NCBI GenBank assembly: GCA_905178155.1
Contig: CAJINV010000011.1
Coordinates: 1,949,939-2,013,938 of the forward strand
DNA length: 64,000 nucleotides
Direction of reading: 5' to 3'
Source: Amoebophrya sp. A120
Taxonomy: Eukaryota; Protista; Dinoflagellata
Made by a program: the position numbers and the translations under genes. Of the stretch, positions 60,152-64,000 are shown one piece after another. Position 1 is the first letter of the stretch, and every line of letters begins with the position of its first letter. The notes below the pieces were generated by a model. It was not told where the DNA came from, ran no database searches, and worked only from the letters and a program-made list of their open reading frames with translations.

Positions 60152-61735
60152 CTCCTGATGGATCGCTTTAGTTTTATGCCATAGAAAACGTCAAAGCACA
60201 CCCGTTTACTATGATTCGTATTCTCTTACTCACCGCGAGATGCAAAAGTTTTATTTGCCTGCTGTTGTGTCTCGTTGGCTCTGTTTGGCATCATGACGGG
60301 TTGTTTTCTTGGCACCGTTCTCATGCCACATGTTCCGAGTTGCATTCTCGATTTTGCATCACAGAAAGTCGACCCTGCAGCGGATCATCAATAACAACAC
60401 TTTTTTTCTGTAAAAGCAACACATTTTTTTTCTTCTTAAAGGCATGGGTGTTGTACTTTTTATTTTCTGCATGATACGCTTGCTCCGTTTCTTACACCAC
60501 GACGGGAAAAGCTATGCTCGACGTTGTGAAAGAAATTTTCGAACCAACTACACGGAGACCGCTTGGTGCGCCAGCACCTCCCGTGCCAACAAAGTCTGCG
60601 CGAAAAAACTACCTTACCTCTTCAGCTTCTGAAATCATAAATTCCCGAAGAATAAAGCCAGAATGTTGAAGAGCAGCCCAACACACTTTTTAATGCAATT
60701 ACAATTCGAATTTGATGATACCGTAGTTTGTTCAAGAAACAGCCAGTTTCAGTCCGACGTAAGTCCGGCGGATCAATTAAGTTTGCGTCCGTCCGATGTG
60801 AGACCAGCGGATGAGAACTAAACAAAGAGGAAGCCTGCTGGAGTAAGATTAACACTAATTTCATAATTTCAATTTTATTCATTGGAGAATAGTACTACTA
60901 TTCACTACGCCTTGGTCTGGTTTATGCGGGGCGCTCCTTCGATGTGTTTCGAAAGAAAATGCGCTGAGTTCTTCGGTAGACACGGCTTGCCCGCTTTACT
61001 TCTCGGAATAATTGACAACTTCGTGTCGTGAAGAAACGTTCTACTTCCAAAAAGAGACCCAAGCTCGCTTGTTTCTTGCCATTTTCACAGGAAGATCTTC
61101 TCGCGCACGCCTCTATGTAAAAACCACCTGGATCTTCACAACGTCTTCAGTTGCCGGAGCAGCTCGGCTTTTCTCTACTGTCTGTCCTTGAGATCGCTTG
61201 TATGTTGCACATCAGCTCGGTCTATTATGTAACCTTGATCAATTATACAGGGAGCACAGTTGCACCCCTCGTTACAACTTCACTCAACGCAGGATGAACC
61301 TGTTTGATCTGCCGTTGGTCTCCTGAAAATTATGGTATAAGTAGTACTTCTTCGAAAATCCAACATCGCGCGGTTCAGGTTGACAGGTCTGACAACTTCC
61401 TTCTACTTCTTGTCTTCGTGATACAACTTTTGTCATTCTCGTCCTACGATCTTACATCTACAGTGGTAGTATAGCGAAGTCTTGCAGTCGCAGCTGTCAA
61501 AATTGAAGAAAAATCATTTCATCCGAACCTTCTTGTTCATAGATATATCAAACAAACGGTTACTTTCAATGTCCAATTCAAGTCATGCGTGCAGTCTGAT
61601 TTTTGCTCGCGTCGTCCTCCGCGTGCACACCGAAACTCACTGTTGAAACGAAACCATCGTATACTGATGTAAGGAGCATTGAAACAAATTTTGCAGCAAG
61701 CAGGAGCTTCACCTCTCCTCGTTGTGCTACTTTCT

Positions 61736-63753
61736 TCAAATCTTTTCTAGGAATGAATTCGTGTTTGAAGACTGCTCTGACGCCGCGCCGTCCCCCGTAG
61801 CGGCTTTGGCTTCCGCGTCGGCGGCCCCGTCCACCTCCTCGTTTTCATCCTGCATGAACGCGGTCTGGCCCTCGTTGTCAACACCCTGCTCCGCGCCATC
61901 ATCATCTTGATCATATGCAGTGCAAATATGTCTGTAATGCTGCGCTTGGTGGAATTGGATTCTAAAAAAAATTTGTATTGCATGAACAGCAAGAAAAATC
62001 CAGTTTGTGCTAAGTACGCGGAGAGGGCAAAATTTCTCATGCGGTAGAGGCATCACGATGTCCTCTAAAAAACTGTGATGCTAGGGCATGCATTGCAGGC
62101 TTCATGGGTCATCTTCCAAAATATGCATGTCAAACTTGACAATCTTCCAGACCCAGACATTTTTGCAGTTGATAGATCACCGGCCTGCTCCATTTCCCGT
62201 TCCTCCTCCGGTAAATTGGTGCCGTCACCCGGGTTATCAAGTGCAAATATCCCTGGAGGTCTGGAAACTTGTAATGCTGGATTGGGAATAGTGAATTTCT
62301 TGTAATGCACAGACACGCATGCGAAATCATCTCTGCGCTGCCTAGTGTTGCGTTTACCGCATGACGATGACTACACACTGCGTTTTTGCATGACAGGCAA
62401 AAGGGTCTTTTCTTGGACACGCATCACAAGCTTTGCAGTCTGTGACTGTGTCTGTCATGCCAGACAAGCATGACAAACCTTGCATTTTTCAAGACCCAGA
62501 CGTATTTGCAATCCATACGGGTACTTGCCCGCGATGCACACGAGGTTGACGCAGTACCGGTTTCCCTGCTCGTCCGGCATGTTGTGGCCCAGGTGGATCG
62601 ACGGGATCTCGATCACTTTTCCCACTTTCGTGTGGCTGGTTGGCATATGCATTGCAAGAGTATCGGTATCGCACTCGTAGTAATCGTATACAAATCCTAT
62701 TCTCAAATTGATGTCATGCGCTTTTATACTAGTAAGTACGATAGTACTTATGCAGTCCATATGGCACCGTGATGATCTCAGAGGGCACCGGATTCAGATT
62801 CGGCGACACCTGGCCCCGGTAGGAGGGGTGCCGCAGCGGGTTGTGCTCCGAGACCGACTTCGGAATTGGCTCACCGCCCCCCGTGGCGCCGCCGAAAGAC
62901 TCCGGGTTGGTTTCGTTTGCGGTCACATTCTATGCATTGCAACTATGTCTGGTTCTGGAAGGATGCACGGTTTGTCATGCATATTTTGCATGGCCCATGA
63001 CGCCTGTAATGCATGCTCTAGCATCACAGATTTTTAGAGGGCTTCCTGATGCACATTCCGCATGAGAAATGCCCTGCCCGCGTAGCACAAACCAGACTCC
63101 TCTTGCTAGTCATGCAATACAGATTTTTTTGGAATCCGAAGACAGCATCACAAGTCACAACCTTCCAGAAGACATATTTGCAAGGCATACGTTCATCACG
63201 CGGTCGAAGTTCACCTCGTCGTCGCGGAACGAAGGCCACCCGTGGTACTTGGACTCCAGGTAGAACTCCAGGTAGGACCGCGGGTTCGGCCCGAATCCCG
63301 GGACCCGGAACAGCTCCTCGTTCGGGTCAGAAGAGGAGTAGAAGCTCATGTAGGCGGTGCCGTTGGGGAGCTCCTCGGGGAGCGCGTACCCGGTGCCGGT
63401 GAAGTTGAGTCCCTGGTAGAACGAGGCCTGCGGCTCGGCCAGGCGCTGGGGCACGGTGCAGCACACGTTCACGGCCGTCGCCTCGTCGACCAACCAGCGG
63501 AGCTGCGGCCGCTCGGGCAGGCAGGACACGGCCCCAAAGGGAACCTCCTCCGGTTTGGGGTACTCCTTCTGCTTCTTCCGTTCTTGCAGCGTCGTTTTCT
63601 TCTGCATCACCGAGGACTGCGGATCATTCCTGGCATCCTCGACCGCTCCGTCGACGGGGCGCTTCTTGTCGTTCAACAAATCTTTGGCGGTCCTCGTCTC
63701 CTGGTTACTTCGCTCGTCCTCTTCGCTGTTCCTTGTCGTTGACGTAACTGCAT
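61736..63753 (-). CDS. msrB: MsrB/SelR-like protein paralog (5' part outside the window)
   Basis: LRWLVDEATAVNVCC...ESKYHGWPSFRDDEV...HLGHNMPDEQGNRYCVNLVCIAG; four complete introners removed in frame; acidic tail. Confidence 0.72.
61914..62174. mobile_element. Introner family B
   Basis: Family B TIR; TSD GATCA. Confidence 0.9.
62235..62517. mobile_element. Introner family B
   Basis: Family B TIR; TSD CGGGT. Confidence 0.9.
62646..62761. mobile_element. Introner family F (116 bp, smallest seen)
   Basis: Family F TIR; TSD TGGCA. Confidence 0.86.
62931..63189. mobile_element. Introner family B
   Basis: Family B TIR; TSD CATTC/CGTTC. Confidence 0.88.
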
Positions 63754-64000
63754 TATCAAATGCAAAAATGTCTGGGTCTGGAAGATTGCAACTTGTCATG
63801 CTAAAGCTGAAGCTCATGCAAAAATCTGTCTTGCATGATTACCAAAAGTCGTCCAGTTTTCACCAAGTCGGGAGGGAGTTTCTCATGCAGGATAGGTATG
63901 AGAGAGATCGCACAGAATCTGTCATGCTAGGTCCTGCATTCCAGACCTCATGAGTCATGGAAAAGCAGCATGACAAATCGCGCACTCTTCCAGACCCAGA
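63754..64000. mobile_element. Introner family B (right end just beyond the window)
   Basis: Left TIR TATCAAATGCAAAAATGTCTGGGTCTGGA; right TIR begins TTCCAGACCCAGA at the window end. Confidence 0.85.

Noticed and set aside
1-64000. Many short ORFs with recurring MSGSGR, CKYVWVWK, FQTQTYL and PDPDIFA peptides as a protein family
   Set aside because: These are translations of the family B TIR in different frames. Plus-strand ORFs are antisense shadows of GC-rich exons.
1472-64000. Ciliate-style TA-bounded internal eliminated sequences excised from DNA
   Set aside because: Frame restoration needs removal of both TA ends plus one 5-bp repeat, unlike Paramecium IESs that leave one TA, and the SL relic points to a dinoflagellate. 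DNA-level excision cannot be formally excluded without reads.

Overview
Eukaryotic genomic DNA, very likely a syndinian dinoflagellate such as Amoebophrya (inferred from a dinoflagellate spliced-leader relic, abundant non-canonical introns with inverted and direct repeats, and all genes on one strand). Nine host genes were reconstructed by hand, all on the minus strand: a CCCH zinc-finger protein, HIBCH, a SulP/SLC26 anion transporter, WDR34/DYNC2I2, a HAD-like protein, a ~1873-aa 29-exon WSC/PAN/mucin protein with a degenerate MsrB-like C-terminus, two further MsrB-like paralogs, and a repeat/EF-hand protein. About 62 MITE-like introner elements, almost all within these genes, fall into at least 9 terminal-inverted-repeat (TIR) families. 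Nearly all have TAT...ATA ends and a 5-bp target-site duplication (TSD); in the genes traced, removing the element plus one TSD restores the reading frame. The standout feature is a nested structure: host gene > introner (34078-46200) > 11.8-kb APE-RT non-LTR retrotransposon (34259-46053) > second TIR element (43602-45293). The retrotransposon's 5' end is TTTTGGCTCAAG, the 3' 12 nt of the dinoflagellate spliced leader, which suggests it is mobilised through SL trans-splicing. Coordinates and splice models were read by eye; no searches were run.
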